NCBI RefSeq assembly: GCF_964355755.1
Contig: NC_092673.1
Coordinates: 8,618,001 to 8,682,000 of the forward strand
Direction of reading: 5' to 3'
Source: Antedon mediterranea
Lineage: Eukaryota > Animalia > Echinodermata
DNA length: 64,000 nucleotides
The notes beneath the pieces are model-generated. The model was given only the letters and a program-made list of their open reading frames with translations, was not told the origin of the DNA and made no database searches. Shown here piece after piece: positions 12,601 to 24,100 of the stretch. A program made the position numbers and the translations under genes. Position 1 is the first letter of the stretch, and every line of letters begins with the position of its first letter.

Positions 12601-13722
12601 AGAACAGATATTCTACGTTGTCTACATGACAGTCACCAAGGAATTACAAAGATGAGAGCAAATGCAATGTCTTCAGTATGGTGGCCAGGGATATCAAGAG
12701 ACATAGAGAAAGTTGGGAGGAACTGCGAGATGTGCGCAAGATACAGGAGAAGTCAAGCAGAACCAATGCGAGGAACAGAGTTCCCAAACCGACCATGGTC
12801 TAGAGTTGGTACCGACTTTTTCCATTACAAGGGACGTAACTATCTACTTGCTGTAGATTATTACTCAAGAGACATTGAGGTCTGCATTGTCACAAAGAAT
12901 GTAGATACGAAAGAAACTGTTGCCAAATTGAAGAAAATATTCAGTCGTCAAGGCATACCAGACGTCCTGTTCTCAGACAATGGACCACAATACAGCTCTG
13001 ACGAATTCAAAGCATTTGCACAGAGCTGGAGATTTGAACATGTAACATCATCCCCTCATTTCCCACAGTCAAACGGCGAGGCGGAGCGAGCAGTACAAAC
13101 CATCAAATCCTTCATGAACAAGTGTGACGATGAGTATTTGGCAATGCTACAGTACCGTAACACACCACTTCAAAATGGGTATTCACCAACACAGTTGAAT
13201 ATGAGTCGGAGACTAAAGACAAGAGTGCCATGTCACCCAGAAGAGCTCCGACCAAAACTACCAGACCAGACTGACCTTAGACAGAAAGAGGAGAGATATA
13301 GACGTGAAATGAAGAGAAACTTTGACAACCGTCACAGAGCTGCAGATGCGGAACAACTAAGTCCGGGTGACAAAGTATATATACCGGACTTAAAACGTCA
13401 CGGAACAATCACGGGATACCACAAGGCACCCAGGTCCGTGTACATCGATACGGATGGAAAAACAGTGAGAAGAAATCGTGCAATGACACGGAAGCTCACT
13501 AACAACGATGTGATGATGCAAGAACAACCAAAGGAGAGAGATGGTGAGGTGAAGGAAAACCAAACTCCAACCAATCACGATCACTCCAGCGATGCGGGAA
13601 CGCCAACTGAAGCGGACATCCGCAACAACCCGAAGCCACCGGAAGCATCAACACCATCAAATACCAGACCACAACGGAACCGGCGAAGACCACGTTATTT
13701 GGATGAATATGTAACATCCTAA
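9640..13722 (+). CDS. Gag-Pol polyprotein (capsid, two Zn knuckles, PR, RT, RNase H, IN)
   Basis: First ATG at 9640. Motifs in order: CGYCGKSH...C and CNACGKTGH...C; IDTGA protease; LPYG and HMDD RT; DASSFGLGAVL RNase H; H...H...CEMC, TDFF, SDNGPQY and SNGEAERAV integrase. Canonical PR-RT-RH-IN order. Confidence 0.97.
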   Translation: MATFIKPPETLIVDGSNPSHAWNKWKRKFEIYLKATGNSKKETEIKVGLLLNCIGDNSIDIYTNFKFKPAMQNPENEEEIPAEDPNDYTVIMNKFDEHFSRRDPQLMLRQRFWHHLQREPGQSFDSWVTTVKERAAECKFPKEFQEEAVRDKLTFSCTNDCYKLKLYDEGAKLSLTKTTRILALKEATSQELQKSKTATIDQVRPKTKPRPATQGQTKKQYSHNKAARPQTNEGKCQKCGYCGKSHPYGKQNCPAKSATCNACGKTGHYKVVCRSTASRSSRVNQVDDEHPFLISGVSVQQVNRSQLKDAHKQPGWHIKLRAADQELSWCIDTGAQVSVMPNIVYQNRFGDMFPTDKTLVGTGDTPLKTRGFVDMKLKQQHGNNSEIEERVYIVENATTLLLGVPAIRNLGLIHEIPGTYSVKAVDVNSPITKEKIKEEYPGLFRGLGKLDGEYTIKLKEDTKPFCLTTPRRIALPLLEKTKAELERMVQLEVIEPIDEPTDWCAPIVVVPKQNGDVRICVDLTKLNQSVRRELYHMPKVEETLGKVANGTVFSKLDANSGFHQVKLSLESTKLTTFITPFGRYVFKRLPYGISSAPEYFQKQMDRELRGLEGVVCHMDDILITGSNQTEHDNRLNAVLKRLDKSGLTLNSAKCKFSQTKLDYLGQIIDGEGLRKDPKKIEAIMKMQPPTNVTELRQFLGMVNQQMKFVPNLAETTKPLRDLMKKENEWVWDQAQQETFVKIQNELSSDRVLKLYSTTKETVISADASSFGLGAVLLQKQENGELRPVAYASRSMTATERRYAQIEKEALATTWSLEHWADLLVGLKFRVQTDHKPLVPLFSTKNIDELPIRVQRFRMRLMRFNFDINHVPGKLLYTADALSRSPRHKERRANEEIDREEKLRNEVECFVNSVMVTLPASDKRLEEIRSELRKDDTLKMVMYHVQEGWNEKSEASGYLHSYWKERGSLSVHEGLLLKSKRLVIPPKLRTDILRCLHDSHQGITKMRANAMSSVWWPGISRDIEKVGRNCEMCARYRRSQAEPMRGTEFPNRPWSRVGTDFFHYKGRNYLLAVDYYSRDIEVCIVTKNVDTKETVAKLKKIFSRQGIPDVLFSDNGPQYSSDEFKAFAQSWRFEHVTSSPHFPQSNGEAERAVQTIKSFMNKCDDEYLAMLQYRNTPLQNGYSPTQLNMSRRLKTRVPCHPEELRPKLPDQTDLRQKEERYRREMKRNFDNRHRAADAEQLSPGDKVYIPDLKRHGTITGYHKAPRSVYIDTDGKTVRRNRAMTRKLTNNDVMMQEQPKERDGEVKENQTPTNHDHSSDAGTPTEADIRNNPKPPEASTPSNTRPQRNRRRPRYLDEYVTS

Positions 13723-13930
13723 TTTCATATAATGAACACTGATCTATAATCACTCACCAAAAATAAAAACACTGAACACTGATTTGATAATGAACAATAT
13801 CGGACCTTTATTGAAACACAGATGGAAATTCAATGATTGACATGATCTTACTCTAAATGTTAATTTGTGTTTAAAGTTAAAGTTTAGTTGCTGCGCGACT
13901 TAAAATTATAAAGCTGATTAATCAATCTCT

Positions 13931-13944
13931 AAGAAAAAGGGAGA
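13931..13944 (+). promoter_or_regulatory. Polypurine tract
   Basis: AAGAAAAAGGGAGA directly precedes the 3' LTR. Confidence 0.9.
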
Positions 13945-14121
13945 TGTGGTAGTATGCAATATCGATCTAGCGCCACCTAGCGGGGATCGAGAGAGGGTTT
14001 TAACATGGACGCGAGTCACGATAGTTGATATGTTGAATAAATGTTATTTGGATTGTGTTTAACGGTAGTCCTATGTACGTCTGTTTGAGTACAGTGTAGC
14101 GACAACAAACAAAACATAATA
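13945..14121 (+). repeat. 3' LTR
   Basis: Copy of 9204-9380, followed by TSD GGCCT. Confidence 0.95.
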
Positions 14122-15619
14122 GGCCTAGCCTAGGTAGTAGTAGGCTAGTAGTTGGGTGTGTCGAAAGCGAAGACCTCGAAAGCAAAGATCGAAGACCGAA
14201 GACCTCGAAAGTGAAGACCCTACGAAATGGTAGTGTGCACAAAATCCGACCAAAATCATACAAAATCGTGATAACACCTTGAATTTACAGATTCAAAAAA
14301 AAGATTTCGATTTTAATCGTTATGTTATCAAAAAACATGACTTTATCTATGAACAAGCTTACGCGTTTTCGCCAATTGAGTTAATATTATGTGATATGGT
14401 TTTACGAACAAACACATCGCGCTATTTGCAAGGCGACGGACGCACAAGAAGGACATCGCACATACTGTAGCATTGAATGGAATGCAATATTAATTAATAC
14501 AGTATTACTACGGTTCCGATAACTTTATGTCACACGTCGCCTACAATTTAAAACCATAGCCAATTGTATAGAAAAGTATGGAAATAAACTACAGTAAGTA
14601 AATTGTAAGAAGTAAAGGATTGCGATAGGCCTATTTAGGCTAATTTTAGAGCCTATATAAAAAGTGTCCGTATCATAGATTTTACACTTGTTTTTAAAAA
14701 TGTTATACGCGTGAATACAACTTAGAGATCATTTTTTTTTTTTTGCATTTAAATATGTTGATATATGTTTATTATCTATAATTAATCGGGAGACTGTTGA
14801 ATAGTCGTCTCATCCACAAGCCTGTGAGATAGAAGGTTGGGGGTTAGAGTGGTTAAGCCCGATAAAAATTCACCATCACTTTTTATTTATAGAGAGTATC
14901 TCTTTTTGTATTTACCAGGGGCAATGCTTGAAAACAAAAGTCAGTTTCTTTTTTTTTACCGTTTGATGATGAGGACACTTGTGGTTGGCGGAACTGGAAC
15001 TTCATTAAGCTTGGTTCCCACTAGAACGTAACGCAAGGACGTAAACGCAACGCAAGCGTTTTAACCAATAGTCCAGTCAATCTAATGATATACCCACCAC
15101 AAATTGCAATAGTAACAAAGCTAGTATTTTTGAATTCTATATAATGTGTAGAACGACATACTAAAAGTCACCAAAAATTAAAGCATTGGGTCAAGGGGTC
15201 AGAGGTCAATAAAGGTCATCTTAAGTCAAAATTAATATGCCCCATTATTTACATATATTTAACCATTTAAAATACATTATATACAAGTGGGATTTATGTC
15301 CTCCGAAAGCTTATTAAATTCCCTATTCAGTGATATCAAAGTTATAGTCATAACATTTTATTTAGAATGTCATTTTTGCGGAAAAACACAACATAATGTG
15401 TCAATTTTGGCTAAAAATGTTGTTTTCGCTGTAAACAACAATGGTATACACACAGGGATACCCTGGGGTGAACATTTCAGTCCAACGCGATACACATGAC
15501 AAGTTCAAGATGCAGATGAGTGACATCTCCGTTCCTGTTGCTTCTGGATGATCTACATTCCATTTTTTCCAGATGGCATTTGTGTTGCCATGGTTACAGT
15601 ATTTATATTGGGATGTATA

Positions 15620-15790
15620 AGTATTTAAAAAATACAAAGATGTTCAACAGCAGTTTGACAATGACCTCCATGTTGTATGACGTTCGGACCATCTGGGCTG
15701 GATTGTCAACAGACCTGGTGATTGAAAAAGTTTCTATGAGAAGCCTCAAATGGAGTGGGGTTGATACGTGTACCGAGGATTGGGGATGGA
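15620..15790 (+). pseudogene. Decayed Academ-type transposase fragment
   Basis: Contains WAGLSTDLVIEKVSMRSLK, which resembles the WAGLSTDLxIEQxLMRSxK motif as I recall it. Upstream stops and frameshifts. Confidence 0.6.
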
Positions 15791-15999
15791 AGATCAGATG
15801 ATGGAAACATGGTTCCTCTACACACAGACTTAAAGCCAGAACCTGAGTATCTCCTTGAAGCATTCAGGGGTAACTAGGACTACATGTGGTGAATGCAATG
15901 GCATTTCACTGTACTAATACCCGAACAAGAAAGTGATACTGATGACATATAAGTTGTGAGTCCTTTTCTATTTGAAGGATTAAACAATATCATCCCACA

Positions 16000-17205
16000 C
16001 GGAGCAATTCAAATAAAAAAGTCTGGATTAAAATGATCTTACAAAATATACAAAAATATCACAATATACAGTACAATAATTATAACAAGAGTCAAAGTTC
16101 AAGAATTTAAGAGTCGGATGGCAACTGACAAAAACGAATTTCTTTTCCAGTTTGTTCTACATGCCGGGCATTGAAAGCAACGCCCATGAGGCATGAGCTC
16201 AAAATCACTGAACAAGGCATGGTTAACATTTTTTAGAATAGCTCTAATTTTTTCTAGAGTTTGCATGTCAGAGAAGGAAGATAAGCTACGAAGTTGACAA
16301 CCTATTAATTTAGAACTTAAGTTAACAATTCTTTGTAGTGAGTTTCTCTCTTTGACCCTAAGACTAAAAAACCAGCATATAAAGGAAAAAAGTTAAAAAA
16401 ATTTCTCAATAAAGGAACCATGAGAATTACTTTATCGACATATATATGGTTCAGCTTCCTTAACAGATAAAGTCTCTGGTGTCCTTTCTTTACTATTGCC
16501 TCTGTATTTAATTCCCAGCTGAGATTGTTCTCAAATATAGTACCTAGGTATTTAAAGGAATGGACAATATCACTGGTTCATTTGTGGGGGATACCAGAGG
16601 GCTGCGTCCTTTCTCCTTCCTAAAATCTACAATTATCTCCTTGGTTTTGGTCACATTGAGTTCCAAGTATGAGTTTCCACAAAATTGGATAAAATCATCT
16701 AATGCGGAACCATGACCGTCCTGTGTATTTTGAAGGAGAGACAGCAAGACAGTGTCGTCAGCAAATTTGAAAAGATGACTATTGTCCTGTTTGCTCCGAC
16801 AGTCATCCGTGTATATAATATACAGGAGAGGAGAGAAGACGCAACCCTGCGAAGATCAAATACTTGAGTGAGTGGCCGAGCGGTTAAGACAGTGGAACCG
16901 TAATCACGTAGCCATAACATCGGCAGGGGTTCAAGGCTCACTCACTCCATGGTTCTGGTGGTAGAACGAGTCTTCTCGGATAAGGACTATAAACCGTAGG
17001 TCCAGTGTACACAACTTGCTCGTGTGCACTTTAAAGAACCTAGTACATCTTTCGAGACGAGTAGGGGGTTACCCCGGTGTATTAGTACTTCACAGCCACT
17101 GATCACCAACTGGGCCCTCTGGGAGATCAGTCTTTGACTGAAGAGGTCACCCAGTATAAAGATAAAAAACAAACAAACAAACAAACAAATACTTGTCATT
17201 ACGTA
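16000..17205 (-). mobile_element. 5'-truncated Rex1/Babar LINE (RT C-terminal half), interrupted by a SINE
   Basis: SSQGCVFS...YTDDC...FKFADDTVLLSLL...LELNVTKTKEIIVDFRK...CRTNWKRNSFLSVAIRLLNS*, with frameshifts. Boundaries approximate. Confidence 0.85.
16866..17185 (+). mobile_element. tRNA-derived SINE with Deu/Nin-type core
   Basis: A box TGGCCGAGCGG, B box GGTTCAAGGCT, core TAAACCGTAGGTCC...TTAAAGAACC...GAGTAGGGGGTTACCCCGGTGT, (CAAA)n tail, TSD caaatactt (16857-16865 and 17186-17194). Confidence 0.9.
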
Positions 17206-20022
17206 CATTCGTTGATACTAACATTATCAACAATCTATCTATAGTAAATCATGAGTTGATTCCAAATTATCAAGACTCATTAATTAATCAACAATAGTAC
17301 ATACCGCTAATGAATTTCAATTTTCTTCTAGCTAGCATCATTTTTCCTATTTCATGACGATACAATAGGTACAAGAAAAACATTGTTTGCACCAAATACT
17401 TCCAAAATATAAATATAATATATATAAACATAATTTAGTTTTACGCTATTTTAGGAAAATTTGAGTTTTTGTAAAATGTCAATGACCTTTTGACCTCTAG
17501 TTACGTATAACTGTTGTATTAATTGTTTTGTTAATGTATATTATTAGTAGGATAAATACTCTACACATTGGTACTAAAGCTATTTAGATATGATTATAAA
17601 ACAATGGATTATAGGCATAAACGCTACCCCCTAAACCAAAATTGTTTACATTACATTTGATCAAGAATCAATTTCAATAAGAATAGTACATCATTACTTT
17701 TAAAATTCTTCTAGTTAACATCATGTTTCCTATTTTATATTATCGATAGGTACAGATAAAACACAATTTTGATTAAATGCATATACAATTATGGCACAAA
17801 ATTACAGTTAATCATTTTTTAATTAAAAAAATTAATTTTTGTAAAAGGTCAATAACCTTTTGACCTCTAGTTATATAACTAAATGTTGTATTTAGCTTTT
17901 TTAAATTGCATATTAGAAAGAAATATATATTCTACACATTAATATCAAGATTATTGAGATTGGATTATAAAACCACAAGTTATGGGCATAAATGTTACCC
18001 CCTACCCCAAAATATTTATGGAATAAAATCACGATATAGTTGTTGAGATTACGTAAAAAATAATGTGTTCCAATGCTTCAATTTTTGGTGACTTTTAACA
18101 TGTCATTATAAACTACATTTGGAATGAAAAAATTAATGTTTCGTTACTATTGCAATTTGTGGTGGGTTTACCTCTAAATATCACTAGATTGACTGGACTA
18201 CAATGACAAGGGAAGTTATAGACAGTTAGCAATCACAAGCGAATAAGCCATCGCTTGTGATTGGTCAATTCACTTGCGTTGCGTTACGTCCTTGCGTTGC
18301 TAGTGGGAACCACGCTTTAAACATGTATTTTGACAGTGTCGGTAAACGTAATACCGATATATAAACACCCGTTTTAAAAATAATTAAACGTGAACACACT
18401 ATCGTCACTAATCACATTGCAACCGTAACAAAATCGGCAACTTTTTAAGCAAATATTTTTTTATTTCAATCTTTGTTTTGAATGGCTTTTGTGAACTTTG
18501 ACATAATGGCATAATTAAATGTTATTCGGAATTATGGAAGCCGTGAAACAGATGATGTGTCGCAGGAAACGATCGATTTATAACCAAAATTTATAGAACG
18601 CTGATGCCTACAGTACAGATAATAAATACTGCAACATTTGGACGCGTAGACTACGTTTCGTACGCGTGGCAACTTCGTAGGTTTCGCGTGGCGTAATCTA
18701 CGCAAGCTAACATGCTACGCGTAGTCTACGCGTAGCCTACGAAGCGAGAGCTAGGATGGGAAATCCCAATGTTCAGATTATTGTGTACTGTGCTGCATGC
18801 ACCACACACGGAATTAGTTAATTTGAATACTAGTTTTCATCAAATTTAAAATGCGAGTTAATTACTGTGAAGTAATAATAAATGTATTAATATTAGTATT
18901 AATTACTGTGTGTTGTGTTAAAATGGGACATTTATTGTTATGAAAGAAGAACAAGTGTACATCTACCACCGATCGGACGGCGGTCGTCGTCTGTTTGTGT
19001 GAAATGGCCTCCGACTAGGCCTAGCTAGCTAGCTAAAAAGGTAGGGTTACCGGCGTACCTACCGACAGTTTAATTTTAAAATATGTGGTACGCCTATAGA
19101 TATAGGCCTACTTAGTAGTACTGTATGATAATCCATACTGTGTACAAGCGTTAAATACGATGTACATGGCGTGAAAATGTGAAATAATGTGGTATATAGC
19201 CTAGGTGACAGGATATTTCCTCGATACGACAGTTTTCGCCGTCGTGAAGCTGCCGTTTACCCACGTGTGTGTATCGCGCAGTACTAATCTACTGTTTGAA
19301 CTATGTTTGTTTACTAGCAGGCCCGTATCCAGGGGGGGTGCGTTGGGTGCAGACGCACCCCCCCAAGTCCCAAAAGGTCCACTATTTCCTCGGTTGGTAT
19401 TTTTTCTTGTCTTGTTTAACTAAAGACAATATCATTATATATATACAAAATTTACATTATCAATGGTATACAAACAAAAATATGCTAATATAAAATGAAA
19501 AAATACCGGTAATTAAATTACGGAATCTAAACTGACTACAAACTCGATATAAAACATGCGCAGTCGATCATGTGACGACAAGCAATAGCTTAGCGCTTCA
19601 TGTACGCGGTACGCGGTAAAGTGTTTGCTGGAGAAATACAACTTAACGTCAGGGAACACGTGTACTTTTTGTCGGGGAATATAATATACAGTAAAAAGCG
19701 TTCGCGTTCACTTCGTAGCTAGCTTCAGCGCCTAGAAAACCGCGACGTTTCATTGACCGTGAGAGTACGTCAGAGTGATATTATGCACTTTATATGCATT
19801 CATTATTGCCAGCGATCTAACTTACTACTAAACAATAGCTAGGTACGCACTTGTCTGGCGGTATCCCTTTGTACGAATCGTTCAACGTTGGGTCGAGACG
19901 CGTGATATCAAGTTTCATCCAGGGACCAAAATGTGTAATGTGTTATTTTCCAGGCGAAGTTTACCGACGGTTACGTCGTGTACTGCGTCGACGTACGCTA
20001 CACTACAGCAAAAACGAATTAT

Positions 20023-21140
20023 GACCGTGTTCGTACGGCGATTGAAATACACGTTTATTTGGTTTTTACCCTTGGGGTAAAACCCATACGACGTTCGTAC
20101 GAATAAACAAAGTACCGGTAAGCTGACACGAAACCAATTAAGATCGGAATTCTTAGGTCAAAAAGCGCCCTCTGTGCGTCGACCCATATCAATTGACATG
20201 GCGTGTTGACAAATTCAACTGGATATTGCATGTCGTTTCGCGCGCGAATCGTTCAATTATTATTTTTCAATCGACAACCAGACCTATATATTTATAATAC
20301 ATCGAATACAATTTACTTTTTAAATAAATAATGATCGAAAATCCTGCTAACGTATGTTGTTTGTTGACCACGTGTATTTATCGTGCGAGCCGAACTATTG
20401 TTGTGGAAATTCCATTTAATGTACACGCACTGTACCCCTCTTGTAAAAATCACCACGTGTATTTATCGTGCGAGCCGAACTATTGTTGTGGAAATTCCAT
20501 TTAATGTACACGCACTGTACCCCTCTTGTAAAAATCACCACGTGTATTTATCGTGCGAGCCGAACTATTGTTGTGAAAATTCCATTTAATGTACACGCAC
20601 TGTACCCCTCTTGTAAAAATCACCACGTGTATTCATCGTGCGAGCCGAACTATTGTTGTAAAAATTCCATTTAACACGCACTGTACCCCTCTTATCGTGC
20701 GAGCCGAATGGTCGATGTGGTAATTCACAGACACCAGGCTACCACAATACAGAACTCCCTGCCGTTACATGTACATTATAAGCCACCGATTCGCAAGTTC
20801 AGGTCACCGGAAAAAAACCAACGAGTTGATTATTTATATATAATTTTACAAAACAATAGATATACATTCGCATTAACGAAAAAGAACATTTTAAACAATA
20901 ATTGTTAAACAATCAGAAAGCTTATTTGAGGTCGCGATTTGACATGATCCCGTTAACGCTTGATTAATTATACCCCGAGGCAGCGTGTAATTGGAATGGG
21001 ATTGAAATAACCAGTAAAGTTGGTGGATTTTTCGTCCAGATGGTTTTCTAATTTTTTATAGCCAGAGGCGTAAGTTAATTGCCACACGCGACCTCACAGT
21101 TGGAAGTACACGGTAGTTTCAGTCCCGTCCGAACGGGCCC
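20023..21140. mobile_element. Harbinger-like insertion within F copy 1
   Basis: Absent from F copy 2, whose empty site reads cgaattatgttaattgttcg (minus strand, ~47870-47892). Imperfect TIR gaccgtgttcgtacgg / gggcccgttcggacgg. TAT(G) duplication. Confidence 0.72.
20367..20706. repeat. 85-bp tandem repeat, ~4 copies
   Basis: Unit accacgtgtatttatcgtgcgagccgaactattgttgtggaaattccatttaatgtacacgcactgtacccctcttgtaaaaatc. Confidence 0.95.
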
Positions 21141-24100
21141 TATGTTAATTGTTCGTTTGTTCACCAATTTTTTAATTTACAAGTAACCTTCTGTACCGTG
21201 GGGCACCTAAAATAAATTTTTCATCCATTACTAAACAAAAAAACATGCCATTTTCGCTTAGCCAACATTATAGCTATAGTTATTACATTTTCAATATCCT
21301 GTATGTCATGAATTTCTCACCACTCGGAAGTCCAGATGGTACGCATGCATACACCTGGGAGGAATAAACTTTTTTCCCCGACTGAAAAAGGTCTACGCTT
21401 GCGTTTTTTAAGCCTCTAGGCCTGATGTTTCCAAAGTATAAAATGCAATTTTTTGAAGACCTGCAGCTCTAGTTTTAAACATTTTCTTAGCTCAGCCCCA
21501 ACAATAAAGCTGGTCATATTTCGAAGAACAAGAAGTACATTTTCCGGGACCTAACATCTCTATTTTTCAAGCATTTCTTAGCTCAGTCACAACCCATGAT
21601 AGGGACTTATATATTTTTTTTCATGTTTTGAAGTATAATAAGTCCAATTTCCGGGACCTCCAACTCTATTTTTCAAAATTTTCTTTGAACTTTTATTTTT
21701 TAAATTGAAAAATATGGATTGAAACAGTCATCGCGCATCGTTTTTTTGCACGCAGTATTTTATTTATGCATTATAAAAAATGGAAAAAATGGCTACCCTA
21801 AATCTGATTAAAAAGACCTCAAATGACGCTAGAACGCGTTGCTTCCGGGGGCTTCGCCCCCTGGACCCACCGGGGGCCCTTGGCGGCCCCTGGCCCTCAG
21901 CCTAGTGATGCTCGCTTCGCTCGCATAGCCCCCTCGTCGGGGAATGTAGCCCCCGCGTCGGGAAGATCCTGGCGCCACCCCTGCTGAGTTGGCCTCATCA
22001 TGAAAGCGTTAAGTTCTGGTGTCCATCGTTCAACTAGCCCAAGCCACAACAGAGAGTCTTACATCAGTCTTTAGAACGTCAAATAACGCAAATTTTTCCA
22101 GGGCCTTCGGCCCCTGGACCCTGACCGGGGGCCCTTGGCGGCCCCCTGGCCCCCAGCCATTGTTGCTCGCTTCGCTCGCACCCCCCCATTATAAATGCTG
22201 CATACGGGCCTGACTAGGCTATATAATGAACGATGTTTCGTTTTAAAATTGCGTTTAAATGAAATGTTACGCTTATTTAGTACTATGGGATAATATGGAT
22301 TGTTTAAATACTGTAAATGTCAAAATAATAGAATACAAATACGATATTATTTTTGTTCCAACGGAAATCGAGACGGATCACTCCATTCGTAATTCATTCG
22401 CCCAGTGTGTTTATATCCACGTGTTTATGATCCGCGGATGGATACTCTTTCTGAACTGTACTTTTATGTTTTGTTTAACCTTCAATTTAGTGAAGTTCAA
22501 CTTTTATTAAATAAAGTCTTGCATATTTCCTAGCCCTAAAATGTTAATTATAATTTATTTTTATTTATAACTAAAATAACATTTATTTAAATACTACCGT
22601 ATCTAATTTATTATCGCGCATGACTAAAAAAAACCAAAACAACAAGATCAGGCAAGCACATGTTATATGCGTCCTCCGATCCTCCTCTCTGTTGATGACG
22701 ATGTTTTAAACGACCTGTAACTTGACCCTCCACCACCGATCCTCTGCTGCAGGTTGTTGTTACAATAGCTAATAATGGAGTTTGATGTACAGTTACGACA
22801 GTTTCAAGCCTGTATATATATATTTTTTTTAATGAAACATACCGAGTACGTAACTGTATTAATTACTTATAAAAAATTAACTTGTAATTTTAGGCCTACT
22901 ACTAATACTATTACTATGGAAGGTAGTCATAATAACGGCCCGTCATCAATTAATTTTGTACACTACTGCCTGGCCGGCGATGGTGAATGTACAGCAGTCA
23001 GCAGTAGGCCTAGTTAATTTGACTTCGCGTCTGGCCTAGGCTTTGAGCAATTTTAATTGCTATTTTCTTTAGAAAAATTTGAATTTCAAGTATGTTTAAT
23101 AATGATGATGATATTATTGTATTGGCGAAACAATCGTATGATTTCTATTTATTCGAACTTTTCGTAGCCTGCTTAGCCGTCGACGATGTACTGTACTTGT
23201 ACACAGTTGAGTTTGGGGAATTCCCACACACAGTTGATCACAACGTAGGCTACGAATGCTACGCGTAGCCTACGCACTACGAATGCTACGCCACGCAACC
23301 GCCACGCACCCGCCACGCGTAGACTACGTTACCTACGCGTGGCAAATGTTGCAGTAGTTTTTATCTGTACTGTATTATCGTTCGTTCTTTTTAGCTCTTT
23401 GTCAAATCATAATTTGAATATATTCTGTCAAATTTGGCCCGGGAAAAGTGCGCCTTCAGAACAAACTTGCGTGTCATTACAAGTGGGAACCGACGACGGA
23501 AGCACGGTCCGTAGACGTGTTCAACACTTTTGCTTTACGTTCGTCATAATGATTCTCGATCGTAAGAGGGGATGCAAAATAGATAGAAGAGTATTTTCTT
23601 ATGTTGCTCGCGTCAATACGATACAGTACATAGCGGCAGGATGTTTTTGTTTAGTGGTTCGTTGGTTAATGAAATATTTATTTTACTTTTTATATTTTTC
23701 TTCTTTACATAGTACTGTCGCTTCACCAACCACACTAACCGATACTGATAATATCATTTTTCCATTATGAATACATTAGAAAAACATTTTTAAACTGGTG
23801 AATAATTAAATCAGCAATAGTTTACTGTAGTATAGGCCTACAATGGGGAAAATGTAAAAGTTTAAAATACTGTACAGCATGACTAAAGGAAAATAAATAT
23901 CTTATTGTATTTAATCATACATTTAGACAACAGGCAAATATTATAGATAATAAATATATTATATATCAACATATTTAAATGAAAAAAAAAAGGATCTCTA
24001 AGTTGTACTCACGCGTATAACATGTTTAAAAACAAGTGTAAAATCTATGATACGGACACTTTTTATATAGGCTCTAAAATTAGCCTAAATATGCCTATCG

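Larger units (their letters stand above)
9204..14121 (+). mobile_element. Full-length Ty3/gypsy LTR retrotransposon (Mag-type)
   Basis: Two 177-bp LTRs, PBS, PPT, one intact gag-pol ORF, and 5-bp TSD GGCCT (9199-9203 and 14122-14126). Confidence 0.97.
15069..18200. mobile_element. Academ-like DNA transposon, non-autonomous
   Basis: TAG...CTA termini, ~120-bp imperfect TIR (tagtccagtcaatcta...cccaccacaaattgcaatagtaac), 3-bp TSD CAA, an internal transposase remnant, and a ~370-bp internal duplication at ~17270-18010. Confidence 0.8.
15008..18316. mobile_element. PIF/Harbinger-like MITE, TTA TSD
   Basis: agcttggttcccactag ... ctagtgggaaccacgct with TTA on both sides. About 180 bp once the 15069-18200 insert is removed. 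Confidence 0.8.
19650..21983. mobile_element. Repeat family F, copy 1 (hAT-like end ...ggcgccacccctg)
   Basis: Reverse complement matches 28899-29208, ~44320-44412 and 47388-48275. Left boundary approximate. Confidence 0.65.
19318..22212. mobile_element. hAT-like element with 5-bp TSD ACTAG
   Basis: caggcccgtatccag ... ctgcatacgggcctg, with ACTAG at 19313-19317 and 22213-22217. Confidence 0.78.
18611..23372. mobile_element. Tc1/mariner-like non-autonomous element, TA TSD
   Basis: TA|cagtacagataataaatactgcaacatttg ... caaatgttgcagtagtttttatctgtactg|TA, with subterminal tacgcgtag repeats. Confidence 0.85.

Noticed and set aside
10253-13753. Antisense and alternative-frame ORFs within the Mag element (likewise 35602-40065 in Gmr1)
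   Set aside because: Short shadow ORFs without motifs; no env or accessory gene is evident in either element.
16866-16945. tRNA gene
   Set aside because: The tRNA-like head continues into a SINE body, tail and TSD; the B box and arms are imperfect.
20367-20706. CRISPR array or repeat protein
   Set aside because: Head-to-tail 85-bp units without spacers, inside a transposon.
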